Shown here: piece by piece, positions 26,001 to 41,700 of the stretch
How positions within the stretch are numbered: the first letter of the stretch is position 1
How the letters are laid out: each line of letters begins with the position of its first letter
Program-made: the position numbers and the translations under genes
Notes under the pieces: model-generated
What the model was told of the DNA's origin: nothing
What the model saw: the letters and a program-made list of their open reading frames with translations, nothing else
The model's database searches: none
Origin: Eledone cirrhosa
Lineage: Eukaryota
DNA length: 64,000 bases
Direction of reading: 5' to 3'
Assembly: GCA_964016885.1 (NCBI GenBank)
Contig: OZ024743.1
Location: forward strand, 356,314,001 to 356,378,000

Positions 26001-29000
26001 ATAATTGGGTTTAGAGCATAAAGGTTTCTCTGTGGTCAGACGATAGACATAATTGGGGTTAGAGCATAAAGGTTTCTCTGTGGTCAGACGATAGACATAA
26101 TTGGGGTTAGAGCATAAAGGTTTCTCTCTGGTCAGACGATAGACATAATTGGGGTTAGAGCATAAAGGTTTCTCTGTGGTCAGACGATAGACATAATTGG
26201 GGTTAGAGCATAAAGGTTTCTCTGTGGTCAGACAATAGACATAATTGGGGTTAGAGCATAAAGGTTTCTCTGTGGTCAGACAATAGACATAATTGGGGTT
26301 AGAGCATAAAGGTTTCTCTGTGGTCAGACGATAGACATAATTGGGGTTAGAGCATAAAGGTTTCTCTGTGGCCAGACAATAGACATAATTGGGGTTAGAG
26401 CATAAAGGTTACTCTGTGGTCAGACGATAGACATAATTGGGTTTAGAGCATAAAGGTTTCTCTGTGGTCAGACGATAGACATAATTGGGGTTAGAGCATA
26501 AAGGTTTCTCTGTGGTCAGACGATAGACATAATTGGGGTTAGAGCATAAAGGTTTCTCTGTGGTCAGACGATAGACATAATTGGGGTTAGAGCATAAATG
26601 TTTCTCTTTGGTCAGACAATAGACATAATTGGGGTTAGAGCATAAAGGTTTCTCTGTGGTCAGACAATAGACATAATTGGGGTTAGAGCATAAAGGTTTC
26701 TCTGTGGTCAGACGATAGACATAATTGGGGTTAGAACATAAAGGTTTCTCTGTGGCCAGACGATGGACATAATTGGGGTTAGAGCATAAAGGTTTCTCTG
26801 TGGTCAGACAATAGACATAATTGGGGTTAGAGCATAAAGGTTTCTCTGTGGTCAGACGATAGACATAATTGGGGTTAGAACATAAAGGTTTCTCTGTGGC
26901 CAGACGATGGACATAATTGGGGTTAGAGCATAAAGGTTTCTCTGTGGTCAGACAATAGACATAATTGGGGTTAGAGCATAAAGGTTTCTCTGTGGTCAGA
27001 CGATAGACATAATTGGGTTTAGAGCATACAGCTTTCTCTGTGGTCAGACGATAGACATAATTGGGGTTAGAGCATAAAGGTTTCTCTCTGGTCAGACGAT
27101 AGACATAATTGGGGTTAGAGCATAAAGGTTTCTCTGTGGTCAGACGATAGACATAATTGGGGTTAGAGCATAAAGGTTTCTCTGTGGTCAGACAATAGAC
27201 ATAATTGGGGTTCGAGCATAAAGATTTCTCTCTGGTCAGACGATAGACATAATTGGGGTTAGAGCATAAAGGTTTCTCTGTGGTCAGACAATAGACATAA
27301 TTGGGGTTAGAGCATAAAGGTTTCTCTGTGGTCAGACGATAGACATAATTGGGGTTAGAGCATAAAGGTTTCTCTTTGGTCAGACAATAGACATAATTGG
27401 GGTTAGAGCATAAAGGTTTCTCTGTGGTCAGACAATAGACATAATTGGGTTAGAGCATAAAGGTTTCTCTGTGGTCAGACGATAGACATAATTGGGGTTA
27501 GAACATAAAGGTTTCTCTGTGGCCAGACGATAGACATAATTGGGGTTAGAGCATAAAGGTTTCTCTGTGGTCAGATGATAGACATAATTGGGGTTAGAGC
27601 ATAAAGGTTTCTCTGTGGTCAGACGATAGACATAATTGGGTTTAGAGCATACAGCTTTCTCTGTGGTCAGACGATAGACATAATTGGGGTTAGAGCATAA
27701 AGGTTTCTCTGTGGTCAGACGATAGACATAATTGGGGTTAGAGCATAAAGGTTTCTCTCTGGTCAGACGATAGACATAATTGGGGTTAGAGCATAAAGGT
27801 TTCTCTGTGGTCAGACGATAGACATAATTGGGGTTAGAGCATAAAGGTTTCTCTGTGGCCAGACAATAGACATAATTGGGGTTAGAGCATAAAGGTTTCT
27901 CTGTGGTCAGACGATAGACATAATTGGGTTTAGAGCATAAAGGTTTCTCTGTGGTCAGACGATAGACATAATTGGGGTTAGAGCATAAAGGTTTCTCTCT
28001 GGTCAGACGATAGACATAATTGGGGTTAGAGCATAAAGGTTTCTCTGTGGTCAGACGATAGACATAATTGGGGTTAGAGCATAAAGGTTTCTCTGTGGCC
28101 AGACAATAGACATAATTGGGGTTAGAGCATAAAGGTTTCTCTGTGGTCAGACGATAGACATAATTGGGTTTAGAGCATAAAGGTTTCTCTCTGGTCAGAC
28201 GATAGACATAATTGGGGTTAGAGCATAAAGGTTTCTCTGTGGTCAGACGATAGACATAATTGGGGTTAGAGCATAAAGGTTTCTCTGTGGTCAGACGATA
28301 GACATAATTGGGGTTAGAGCATAAAGGTTTCTCTTTGGTCAGACAATAGACATAATTGGGGTTAGAGCATAAAGGTTTCTCTGTGGTCAGACAATAGACA
28401 TAATTGGGGTTAGAGCATAAAGGTTTCTCTGTGGTCAGACGATAGACATAATTGGGGTTAGAACATAAAGGTTTCTCTGTGGCCAGACGATAGACATAAT
28501 TGGGGTTAGAGCATAAAGGTTTCTCTGTGGTCAGACAATAGACATAATTGGGGTTAGAGCATAAAGGTTTCTCTGTGGTCAGACGATAGACATAATTGGG
28601 TTTAGAGCATACAGCTTTCTCTGTGGTCAGACGATAGACATAATTGGGGTTAGAGCATAAAGGTTTCTCTGTGGTCAGACGATAGACATAATTGGGGTTA
28701 GAGCATAAAGGTTTCTCTCTGGTCAGACGATAGACATAATTGGGGTTAGAGCATAAAGGTTTCTCTGTGGTCAGACGATAGACATAATTGGGGTAGGAGC
28801 ATAAAGGTTTCTCTGTGGTCAGACAATAGACATAATTGGGGTTCGAGCATAAAGATTTCTCTCTGGTCAGACGATAGACATAATTGGGGTTAGAGCATAA
28901 AGGTTTCTCTGTGGTCAGACAATAGACATAATTGGGGTTAGAGCATAAAGGTTTCTCTGTGGTCAGACGATAGACATAATTGGGGTTAGAGCATAAAGGT

Positions 29001-32000
29001 TTCTCTTTGGTCAGACAATAGACATAATTGGGGTTAGAGCATAAAGGTTTCTCTGTGGTCAGACAATAGACATAATTGGGGTTAGAGCATAAAGGTTTCT
29101 CTGTGGTCAGACGATAGACATAATTGGGGTTAGAACATAAAGGTTTCTCTGTGGCCAGACGATAGACATAATTGGGGTTAGAGCATAAAGGTTTCTCTGT
29201 GGTCAGACGATAGACATAATTGGGGTTAGAGCATAAAGGTTTCTCTGTGGTCAGACGATAGACATAATTGGGTTTAGAGCATACAGCTTTCTCTGTGGTC
29301 AGACGATAGACATAATTGGGGTTAGAGCATAAAGGTTTCTCTGTGGTCAGACGATAGACATAATTGGGGTTAGAGCATAAAGGTTTCTCTGTGGTCAGAC
29401 GATAGACATAATTGGGGTTAGAGCATAAAGTTTTCTCTGTGGTCAGACAATAGACATAATTGGGGTTCGAGCATAAAGATTTCTCTCTGGTCAGACGATA
29501 GACATAATTGGGGTTAGAGCATAAAGGTTTCTCTGTGGTCAGACAATAAACATAATTGGGGTTAGAGCATAAAGGTTTCTCAGTGGTCAGACGATAGACA
29601 TAATTGGGGTTAGAGCATAAAGGTTTCTCTGTGGTCAGACGATAGACATAATTGGGGTTAGAGCATAAAGGTTTCTCTCTGGTCAGACGATAGACATAAT
29701 TGGGGTTAGAGCATAAAGGTTTCTCTGTGGTCAGACGATAGACATAATTGGGGTTAGAGCATAAAGGTTTCTCTGTGGTCAGACAATAGACATAATTGGG
29801 GTTAGAGCATAAAGGTTTCTCTGTGGTCAGACAATAGACATAATTGGGGTTAGAGCATAAAGTTTTCTCTGTGGTCAGACGATAAACATAATTGGGGTTA
29901 GAGCATAAAGGTTTCTCTGTGGCCAGACAATAGACATAATTGCGGTTAGAGCATAAAGGTTTCTCTGTGGTCAGACGATAGACATAATTGGGTTTAGAGC
30001 ATAAAGGTTTCTCTGTGGTCAGACGATAGACATAATTGGGGTTAGAGCATAAAGGTTTCTCTGTGGTCAGACGATAGACATAATTGGGGTTAGAGCATAA
30101 AGGTTTCTCTGTGGTCAGACGATAGACATAATTGGGGTTAGAGCATAAAGGTTTCTCTTTGGTCAGACAATAGACATAATTGGGGTTAGAGCATAAAGGT
30201 TTCTCTGTGGTCAGACTATAGACATAATTGGGGTTAGAGCATAAAGGTTTCTCTGTGGTCAGACGATAGACATAATTGGGTTTAGAGCATACAGCTTTCT
30301 CTGTGGTCAGACGATAGACATAATTGGGGTTAGAGCATAAAGGTTTCTCTGTGGTCAGACGATAGACATAATTGGGGTTAGAGCATAAAGGTTTCTCTCT
30401 GGTCAGACGATAGACATAATTGGGGTTAGAGCATAAAGGTTTCTCTGTGGTCAGACGATAGACATAATTGGGGTTAGAGCATAAAGGTTTCTCTGTGGTC
30501 AGACAATAGACATAATTGGGGTTAGAGCATAAAGGTTTCTCTGTGGTCAGACGATAGACATAATTGGGGTTAGAGCATAAAGGTTTCTCTCTGGTCAGAC
30601 GATAGACATAATTGGGGTTAGAGCATAAAGGTTTCTCTGTGGTCAGACGATAGACATAATTGGGGTTAGAGCATAAAGGTTTCTCTGTGGTCAGACAATA
30701 GACATAATTGGGGTTAGAGCATAAAGGTTTCTCTGTGGTCAGACAATAGACATAATTGGGGTTAGAGCATAAAGGTTTCTCTGTGGTCAGACGATAGACA
30801 TAATTGGGGTTAGAGCATAAAGGTTTCTCTGTGGCCAGACAATAGACATAATTGGGGTTAGAGCATAAAGGTTTCTCTGTGGTCAGACGATAGACATAAT
30901 TGGGTTTAGAGCATAAAGGTTTCTCTGTGGTCAGACGATAGACATAATTGGGGTTAGAGCATAAAGGTTTCTCTGTGGTCAGACGATAGACATAATTGGG
31001 GTTAGAGCATAAAGGTTTCTCTGTGGTCAGACGATAGACATAATTGGGGTTAGAGCATAAATGTTTCTCTTTGGTCAGACAATAGACATAATTGGGGTTA
31101 GAGCATAAAGGTTTCTCTGTGGTCAGACAATAGACATAATTGGGGTTAGAGCATAAAGGTTTCTCTGTGGTCAGACGATAGACATAATTGGGGTTAGAAC
31201 ATAAAGGTTTCTCTGTGGCCAGACGATGGACATAATTGGGGTTAGAGCATAAAGGTTTCTCTGTGGTCAGACAATAGACATAATTGGGGTTAGAGCATAA
31301 AGGTTTCTCTGTGGTCAGACGATAGACATAATTGGGTTTAGAGCATACAGCTTTCTCTGTGGTCAGACGATAGACATAATTGGGGTTAGAGCATAAAGGT
31401 TTCTCTGTGGTCAGACGATAGACATAATTGGGGTTAGAGCATAAAGGTTTCTCTCTGGTCAGACGATAGACATAATTGGGGTTAGAGCATAAAGGTTTCT
31501 CTGTGGTCAGACGATAGACATAATTGGGGTTAGAGCATAAAGGTTTCTCTGTGGTCAGACAATAGACATAATTGGGGTTCGAGCATAAAGATTTCTCTCT
31601 GGTCAGACGATAGACATAATTGGGGTTAGAGCATAAAGGTTTCTCTGTGGTCAGACAATAGACATAATTGGGGTTAGAGCATAAAGGTTTCTCTGTGGTC
31701 AGACGATAGACATAATTGGGGTTAGAGCATAAAGGTTTCTCTTTGGTCAGACAATAGACATAATTGGGGTTAGAGCATAAAGGTTTCTCTGTGGTCAGAC
31801 AATAGACATAATTGGGTTAGAGCATAAAGGTTTCTCTGTGGTCAGACGATAGACATAATTGGGGTTAGAACATAAAGGTTTCTCTGTGGCCAGACGATAG
31901 ACATAATTGGGGTTAGAGCATAAAGGTTTCTCTGTGGTCAGATGATAGACATAATTGGGGTTAGAGCATAAAGGTTTCTCTGTGGTCAGACGATAGACAT

Positions 32001-35000
32001 AATTGGGTTTAGAGCATACAGCTTTCTCTGTGGTCAGACGATAGACATAATTGGGGTTAGAGCATAAAGGTTTCTCTGTGGTCAGACGATAGACATAATT
32101 GGGGTTAGAGCATAAAGGTTTCTCTCTGGTCAGACGATAGACATAATTGGGGTTAGAGCATAAAGGTTTCTCTGTGGTCAGACGATAGACATAATTGGGG
32201 TTAGAGCATAAAGGTTTCTCTGTGGCCAGACAATAGACATAATTGGGGTTAGAGCATAAAGGTTTCTCTGTGGTCAGACGATAGACATAATTGGGTTTAG
32301 AGCATAAAGGTTTCTCTGTGGTCAGACGATAGACATAATTGGGGTTAGAGCATAAAGGTTTCTCTCTGGTCAGACGATAGACATAATTGGGGTTAGAGCA
32401 TAAAGGTTTCTCTGTGGTCAGACGATAGACATAATTGGGGTTAGAGCATAAAGGTTTCTCTGTGGCCAGACAATAGACATAATTGGGGTTAGAGCATAAA
32501 GGTTTCTCTGTGGTCAGACGATAGACATAATTGGGTTTAGAGCATAAAGGTTTCTCTCTGGTCAGACGATAGACATAATTGGGGTTAGAGCATAAAGGTT
32601 TCTCTGTGGTCAGACGATAGACATAATTGGGGTTAGAGCATAAAGGTTTCTCTGTGGTCAGACGATAGACATAATTGGGGTTAGAGCATAAAGGTTTCTC
32701 TTTGGTCAGACAATAGACATAATTGGGGTTAGAGCATAAAGGTTTCTCTGTGGTCAGACAATAGACATAATTGGGGTTAGAGCATAAAGGTTTCTCTGTG
32801 GTCAGACGATAGACATAATTGGGGTTAGAACATAAAGGTTTCTCTGTGGCCAGACGATAGACATAATTGGGGTTAGAGCATAAAGGTTTCTCTGTGGTCA
32901 GACAATAGACATAATTGGGGTTAGAGCATAAAGGTTTCTCTGTGGTCAGACGATAGACATAATTGGGTTTAGAGCATACAGCTTTCTCTGTGGTCAGACG
33001 ATAGACATAATTGGGGTTAGAGCATAAAGGTTTCTCTGTGGTCAGACGATAGACATAATTGGGGTTAGAGCATAAAGGTTTCTCTCTGGTCAGACGATAG
33101 ACATAATTGGGGTTAGAGCATAAAGGTTTCTCTGTGGTCAGACGATAGACATAATTGGGGTAGGAGCATAAAGGTTTCTCTGTGGTCAGACAATAGACAT
33201 AATTGGGGTTCGAGCATAAAGATTTCTCTCTGGTCAGACGATAGACATAATTGGGGTTAGAGCATAAAGGTTTCTCTGTGGTCAGACAATAGACATAATT
33301 GGGGTTAGAGCATAAAGGTTTCTCTGTGGTCAGACGATAGACATAATTGGGGTTAGAGCATAAAGGTTTCTCTTTGGTCAGACAATAGACATAATTGGGG
33401 TTAGAGCATAAAGGTTTCTCTGTGGTCAGACAATAGACATAATTGGGGTTAGAGCATAAAGGTTTCTCTGTGGTCAGACGATAGACATAATTGGGGTTAG
33501 AACATAAAGGTTTCTCTGTGGCCAGACGATAGACATAATTGGGGTTAGAGCATAAAGGTTTCTCTGTGGTCAGACGATAGACATAATTGGGGTTAGAGCA
33601 TAAAGGTTTCTCTGTGGTCAGACGATAGACATAATTGGGTTTAGAGCATACAGCTTTCTCTGTGGTCAGACGATAGACATAATTGGGGTTAGAGCATAAA
33701 GGTTTCTCTGTGGTCAGACGATAGACATAATTGGGGTTAGAGCATAAAGGTTTCTCTGTGGTCAGACAATAGACATAATTGGGGTTCGAGCATAAAGATT
33801 TCTCTCTGGTCAGACGATAGACATAATTGGGGTTAGAGCATAAAGGTTTCTCTGTGGTCAGACAATAAACATAATTGGGGTTAGAGCATAAAGGTTTCTC
33901 TGTGGTCAGACGATAGACATAATTGGGGTTAGAGCATAAAGGTTTCTCTGTGGTCAGACGATAGACATAATTGGGGTTAGAGCATAAAGGTTTCTCTCTG
34001 GTCAGACGATAGACATAATTGGGGTTAGAGCATAAAGGTTTCTCTGTGGTCAGACGATAGACATAATTGGGGTTAGAGCATAAAGGTTTCTCTGTGGTCA
34101 GACAATAGACATAATTGGGGTTAGAGCATAAAGGTTTCTCTGTGGTCAGACAATAGACATAATTGGGGTTAGAGCATAAAGTTTTCTCTGTGGTCAGACG
34201 ATAAACATAATTGGGGTTAGAGCATAAAGGTTTCTCTGTGGCCAGACAATAGACATAATTGCGGTTAGAGCATAAAGGTTTCTCTGTGGTCAGACGATAG
34301 ACATAATTGGGTTTAGAGCATAAAGGTTTCTCTGTGGTCAGACGATAGACATAATTGGGGTTAGAGCATAAAGGTTTCTCTGTGGTCAGACGATAGACAT
34401 AATTGGGGTTAGAGCATAAAGGTTTCTCTGTGGTCAGACGATAGACATAATTGGGGTTAGAGCATAAAGGTTTCTCTTTGGTCAGACAATAGACATAATT
34501 GGGGTTAGAGCATAAAGGTTTCTCTGTGGTCAGACTATAGACATAATTGGGGTTAGAGCATAAAGGTTTCTCTGTGGTCAGACGATAGACATAATTGGGT
34601 TTAGAGCATACAGCTTTCTCTGTGGTCAGACGATAGACATAATTGGGGTTAGAGCATAAAGGTTTCTCTGTGGTCAGACGATAGACATAATTGGGGTTAG
34701 AGCATAAAGGTTTCTCTCTGGTCAGACGATAGACATAATTGGGGTTAGAGCATAAAGGTTTCTCTGTGGTCAGACGATAGACATAATTGGGGTTAGAGCA
34801 TAAAGGTTTCTCTGTGGTCAGACAATAGACATAATTGGGGTTCGAGCATAAAGATTTCTCTCTGGTCAGACGATAGACATAATTGGGGTTAGAGCATAAA
34901 GGTTTCTCTGTGGTCAGACAATAGACATAATTGGGGTTAGAGCATAAAGGTTTCTCTGTGGTCAGACGATAGACATAATTGGGGTTAGAGCATTAAGGTT

Positions 35001-38000
35001 TCTCTGTGGTCAGACAATAGACATAATTGGGTTTAGAGCATAAAGGTTTCTCTGTGGTCAGACGATAGACATAATTGGGGTTAGAGCATAAAGGTTTCTC
35101 TGTGGTCAGACGATAGACATAATTGGGGTTAGAGCATAAAGGTTTCTCTTTGGTCAGACAATAGACATAATTGGGGTTAGAGCATAAAGGTTTCTCTGTG
35201 GTCAGACAATAGACATAATTGGGGTTAGAGCATAAAGGTTTCTCTGTGGTCAGACGATAGACATAATTGGGGTTAGAGCGTAAAGGTTTCTCTGTGGTCA
35301 GACAATAGACATAATTGGGGTTAGAGCATAAAGGTTTCTCTGTGGCCAGACAATAGACATAATTGGGGTTAGAGCATAAAGGTTTCTCTGTGGTCAGACA
35401 ATAGACATAATTGGGGTTAGAGCATAAAGGTTTCTCTGTGGTCAGACAATAGACATAATTGGGGTTAGAGCATAAAGGTTTCTCTGTGGTCAGACGATAG
35501 ACATAATTGGGGTTAGAGCATAAAGGTTTCTCTGTGGCCAGACGATAGACATAATTGGGGTTAGAGCATAAAGGTTTCTCTGTGGTCAGACAATAGACAT
35601 AATTGGGGTTAGAGCATAAAGGTTTCTCTGTGGTCAGACGATAGACATAATTGGGTTTAGAGCATAAAGGTTTCTCTGTGGTCAGACGATAGACATAATT
35701 GGGGTTAGAGCATAAAGGTTTCTCTGTGGTCAGACAATAGACATAATTGGGGTTAGAGCATAAAGGTTTCTCTGTGGTCAGACGATAGACATAATTGGGG
35801 TTAGAGCATAAAGGTTTCTCTTTGGTCAGACAATAGACATAATTGGGGTTAGAGCATAAAGGTTTCTCTGTGGTCAGACAATAGACATAATTGGGGTTAG
35901 AGCATAAAGGTTTCTCTGTGGTCAGACGATAGACATAATTGGGGTTAGAACATAAAGGTTTCTCTGTGGCCAGACGATAGACATAATTGGGGTTAGAGCA
36001 TAAAGGTTTCTCTGTGGTCAGACGATAGACATAATTGGGGTTAGAGCATAAAGGTTTCTCTGTGGTCAGACGATAGACATAATTGGGTTTAGAGCATACA
36101 GCTTTCTCTGTGGTCAGACGATAGACATAATTGGGGTTAGAGCATAAAGGTTTCTCTGTGGTCAGACGATAGACATAATTGGGGTTAGAGCATAAAGGTT
36201 TCTCTCTGGTCAGACGATAGACATAATTGGGGTTAGAGCATAAAGATTTCTCTGTGGTCAGACGATAGACATAATTGGGGTTAGAGCATAAAGGTTTCTC
36301 TGTGGTCAGACAATAGACATAATTGGGGTTCGAGCATAAAGATTTTTCTCTGGTCAGACGATAGACATAATTGGGGTTAGAGCATAAAGGTTTCTCTGTG
36401 GTCAGACAATAGACATAATTGGGGTTAGAGCATAAAGGTTTCTCTGTGGTCAGACGATAGACATAATTGGGGTTAGAGCATAAAGGTTTCTCTGTGGCCA
36501 GACAATAGACATAATTGGGGTTAGAGCATAAAGGTTTCTCTGTGGTCAGACGATAGACATAATTGGGTTTAGAGCATAAAGGTTTCTCTGTGGTCAGACG
36601 ATAGACATAATTGGGGTTAGAGCATAAAGGTTTCTCTGTGGTCAGACGATAGACATAATTGGGGTTAGAGCATAAAGGTTTCTCTCTGGTCAGACGATAG
36701 ACATAATTGGGGTTAGAGCATAAAGGTTTCTCTGTGGTCAGACGATAGACATAATTGGGGTTAGAGCATAAAGGTTTCTCTGTGGTCAGACAATAGACAT
36801 AATTGGGGTTAGAGCATAAAGGTTTCTCTGTGGTCAGACAATAGACATAATTGGGGTTAGAGCATAAAGGTTTCTCTGTGGTCAGACGATAGACATAATT
36901 GGGGTTAGAGCATAAAGGTTTCTCTGTGGCCAGACAATAGACATAATTGGGGTTAGAGCATAAAGGTTTCTCTGTGGTCAGACGATAGACATAATTGGGT
37001 TTAGAGCATAAAGGTTTCTCTGTGGTCAGACGATAGACATAATTGGGGTTAGAGCATAAAGGTTTCTCTGTGGTCAGACGATAGACATAATTGGGGTTAG
37101 AGCATAAAGGTTTCTCTGTGGTCTGACGATAGACATAATTGGGGTTAGAGCATAAAGGTTTCTCTTTGGTCAGACAATAGACATAATTGGGGTTAGAGCA
37201 TAAAGGTTTCTCTGTGGTCAGACAATAGACATAATTGGGGTTAGAGCATAAAGGTTTCTCTGTGGTCAGACGATAGACATAATTGGGGTTAGAACATAAA
37301 GGTTTCTCTGTGGCCAGACGATAGACATAATTGGGGTTAGAGCATAAAGGTTTCTCTGTGGTCAGACAATAGACATAATTGGGGTTAGAGCATAAAGGTT
37401 TCTCTGTGGTCAGACGATAGACATAATTGGGTTTAGAGCATACAGCTTTCTCTGTGGTCAGACGATAGACATAATTGGGGTTAGAGCATAAAGGTTTCTC
37501 TGTGGTCAGACGATAGACATAATTGGGGTTAGAGCATAAAGGTTTCTCTCTGGTTAGACGATAGACATAATTGGGGTTAGAGCATAAAGGTTTCTCTGTG
37601 GTCAGACGATAGACATAATTGGGGTTAGAGCATAAAGGTTTCTCTGTGGTCAGACAATAGACATAATTGGGGTTCGAGCATAAAGATTTCTCTCTGGTCA
37701 GACGATAGACATAATTGGGGTTAGAGCATAAAGGTTTCTCTGTGGTCAGACAATAGACATAATTGGGGTTAGAGCATAAAGGTTTCTCTGTGGTCAGACG
37801 ATAGACATAATTGGGGTTAGAGTATAAAGGTTTCTCTTTGGTCAGACAATAGACATAATTGGGGTTAGAGCATAAAGGTTTCTCTGTGGTCAGACAATAG
37901 ACATAATTGGGTTAGAGCATAAAGGTTTCTCTGTGGTCAGACGATACACATAATTGGGGTTAGAACATAAAGGTTTCTCTGTGGCCAGACGATAGACATA

Positions 38001-38700
38001 ATTGGGGTTAGAGCATAAAGGTTTCTCTGTGGTCAGATGATAGACATAATTGGGGTTAGAGCATAAAGGTTTCTCTGTGGTCAGACGATAGACATAATTG
38101 GATTTAGAGCATACAGCTTTCTCTGTGGTCAGACGATAGACATAATTGGGGTTAGAGCATAAAGGTTTCTCTGTGGTCAGACGATAGACATAATTGGGGT
38201 TAGAGCATAAAGGTTTCTCTCTGGTCAGACGATAGACATAATTGGGGTTAGAGCATAAAGGTTTCTCTGTGGTCAGACGATAGACATAATTGGGGTTAGA
38301 GCATAAAGGTTTCTCTGTGGCCAGACAATAGACATAATTGGGGTTAGAGCATAAAGGTTTCTCTGTGGTCAGACGATAGACATAATTGGGTTTAGAGCAT
38401 AAAGGTTTCTCTGTGGTCAGACGATAGACATAATTGGGGTTAGAGCATAAAGGTTTCTCTCTGGTCAGACGATAGACATAATTGGGGTTAGAGCATAAAG
38501 GTTTCTCTGTGGTCAGACGATAGACATAATTGGGGTTAGAGCATAAAGGTTTCTCTGTGGCCAGACAATAGACATAATTGGGGTTAGAGCATAAAGGTTT
38601 CTCTGTGGTCAGACGATAGACATAATTGGGCTTAGAGCATAAAGGTTTCTCTGTGGTCAGACGATAGACATAATTGGGGTTAGAGCATAAAGGTTTCTCT
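23030..38700. repeat. Four related higher-order blocks, each marked by a GGGG>GGG deletion; spacings of 92, 91 and 127 monomers
   Basis: Deletions at 23032, 27447, 31814 and 37909 (differences 4415, 4367, 6095, each n x 48 - 1). Each is followed 129 bp later by CAGATGATAG (23161, 27576, 31943, 38038). GGGTAGGAGC recurs at 28794/33161 (offset 4367). Confidence 0.9.
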
Positions 38701-41700
38701 CTGGTCAGACGATAGACATAATTGGGGTTAGAGCATAAAGGTTTCTCTGTGGTCAGACAATAGACATAATTGGGGTTCGAGCATAAAGATTTCTCTCTGG
38801 TCAGACGATAGACATAATTGGGGTTAGAGCATAAAGGTTTCTCTGTGGTCAGACAATAAACATAATTGGGGTTAGAGCATAAAGGTTTCTCTGTGGTCAG
38901 ACGATAGACATAATTGGGGTTAGAGCATAAAGGTTTCTCTGTGGCCAGACAATAGACATAATTGGGGTTAGAGCATAAAGGTTTCTCTGTGGTCAGACGA
39001 TAGACATAATTGGGTTTAGAGCATAAAGGTTTCTCTGTGGTCAGACGATAGACATAATTGGGGTTAGAGCATAAAGGTTTCTCTGTGGTCAGACGATAGA
39101 CATAATTGGGGTTAGAGCATAAAGGTTTCTCTCTGGTCAGACGATAGACATAATTGGGGTTAGAGCATAAAGGTTTCTCTGTGGTCAGACGATAGACATA
39201 ATTGGGGTTAGAGCATAAAGGTTTCTCTGTGGTCAGACAATAGACATAATTGGGGTTAGAGCATAAAGGTTTCTCTGTGGTCAGACAATAGACATAATTG
39301 GGGTTAGAGCATAAAGGTTTCTCTGTGGTCAGACGATAAACATAATTGGGGTTAGAGCATAAAGGTTTCTCTGTGGCCAGACAATAGACATAATTGCGGT
39401 TAGAGCATAAAGGTTTCTCTGTGGTCAGACGATAGACATAATTGGGTTTAGAGCATAAAGGTTTCTCTGTGGTCAGACGATAGACATAATTGGGGTTAGA
39501 GCATAAAGGTTTCTCTGTGGTCAGACGATAGACATAATTGGGGTTAGAGCATAAAGGTTTCTCTGTGGTCAGACGATAGACATAATTGGGGTTAGAGCAT
39601 AAAGGTTTCTCTTTGGTCAGACAATAGACATAATTGGGGTTAGAGCATAAAGGTTTCTCTGTGGTCAGACTATAGACATAATTGGGGTTAGAGCATAAAG
39701 GTTTCTCTGTGGTCAGACGATAGACATAATTGGGTTTAGAGCATACAGCTTTCTCTGTGGTCAGACGATAGACATAATTGGGGTTAGAGCATAAAGGTTT
39801 CTCTGTGGTCAGACGATAGACATAATTGGGGTTAGAGCATAAAGGTTTCTCTCTGGTCAGACGATAGACATAATTGGGGTTAGAGCATAAAGGTTTCTCT
39901 GTGGTCAGACGATAGACATAATTGGGGTTAGAGCATAAAGTTTTCTCTCTGGTCAGACAATAGACATAATTGGGGTTCGAGCATAAAGATTTCTCTCTGG
40001 TCAGACGATAGACATAATTGGGGTTAGAGCATAAAGGTTTCTCTGTGGTCAGACAATAGACATAATTGGGGTTAGAGCATAAAGGTTTCTCTGTGGTCAG
40101 ACGATAGACATAATTGGGGTTAGAGCATTAAGGTTTCTCTGTGGTCAGACAATAGACATAATTGGGTTTAGAGCATAAAGGTTTCTCTGTGGTCAGACGA
40201 TAGACATAATTGGGGTTAGAGCATAAAGGTTTCTCTGTGGTCAGACGAGAGACATAATTGGGGTTAGAGCATAAAGGTTTCTCTCTGGTCAGACGATAGA
40301 CATAATTGGGGTTAGAGCATAAAGGTTTCTCTGTGGTCAGACGATAGAAATAATTGGGGTCAGAGCATAAAGGTTTCTCTGTGGTCAGACAATAGACATA
40401 ATTGGGGTTAGAGCATAAAGGTTTCTCTGTGGTCAGACAATAGACAGAATTGGGGTTAGAGCATAAAGGTTTCTCTGTGGTCAGACGATAGACATAATTG
40501 GAGTTAGAGCATAAAGGTTTCTCTGTGGCCAGACAATAGACATAATTGGGGTTAGAGCATAAAGGTTTCTCTGTGGTCAGACGATAGACATAATTGGGGT
40601 TAGAGCATATAGGTTTCTCTGTGGTCAGACAATAGACATAATTGGGGTTAGAGCATAAAGGTTTCTCTGTGGTCAGACAATAGACATAATTGGGGTTAGA
40701 GCATAAAGATTTCTCTGTGGCCAGACAGTAGACATAATTGGGGTTAGAGCATAAAGGTTTCTCTGTGGTCAGACAATAGACATAATTGGGGTTAGAGCAT
40801 AAAGGTTTCTCTGTGGTCAGACAATAGACATAATTGGGGTTAGAGCATAAAGGTTTCTCTGTGGTCAGACGATAGACATAATTGGGGTTAGAGCATAAAG
40901 GTTTCTCTGTGGCCAGACGATAGACATAATTGGGGTTAGAGCATAAAGGTTTCTCTGGGGTCAGACAATAGACATAATTGGGGTTAGAGCATAAAGGTTT
41001 CTCTGTGGTCAGACGATAGACATAATTGGGTTTAGAGCATAAAGGTTTCTCTGTGGTCAGACGATAGACATAATTGGGGTTAGAGCATAAAGGTTTCTCT
41101 GTGGTCAGACGATAGACATAATTGGGGTTAGAGCATAAAGGTTTCTCTCTGGTCAGACGATAGACATAATTGGGGTTAGAGCATAAAGGTTTCTCTGTGG
41201 TCAGACGATAGACATAATTGGGGTTAGAGCATAAAGGTTTCTCTGTGGTCAGACAATAGACATAATTGGGGTTAGAGCATAAAGGTTTCTCTGTGGTCAG
41301 ACAATAGACATAATTGGGGTTAGAGCATAAAGGTTTCTCTGTGGTCAGACGATAGACATAATTGGGGTTAGAGCATAAAGGTTTCTCTTTGGTCAGACAA
41401 TAGACATAATTGGGGTTAGAGCATAAAGGTTTCTCTGTGGTCAGACAATAGACATAATTGGGGTTAGAGCATAAAGGTTTCTCTGTGGTCAGACGATAGA
41501 CATAATTGGGTTTAGAGCATACAGCTTTCTCTGTGGTCAGACGATAGACATAATTGGGGTTAGAGCATAAAGGTTTCTCTGTGGTCAGACGATAGACATA
41601 ATTGGGGTTAGAGCATAAAGGTTTCTCTCTGGTCAGACGATAGACATAATTGGGGTTAGAGCATAAAGGTTTCTCTGTGGTCAGACGATAGACATAATTG

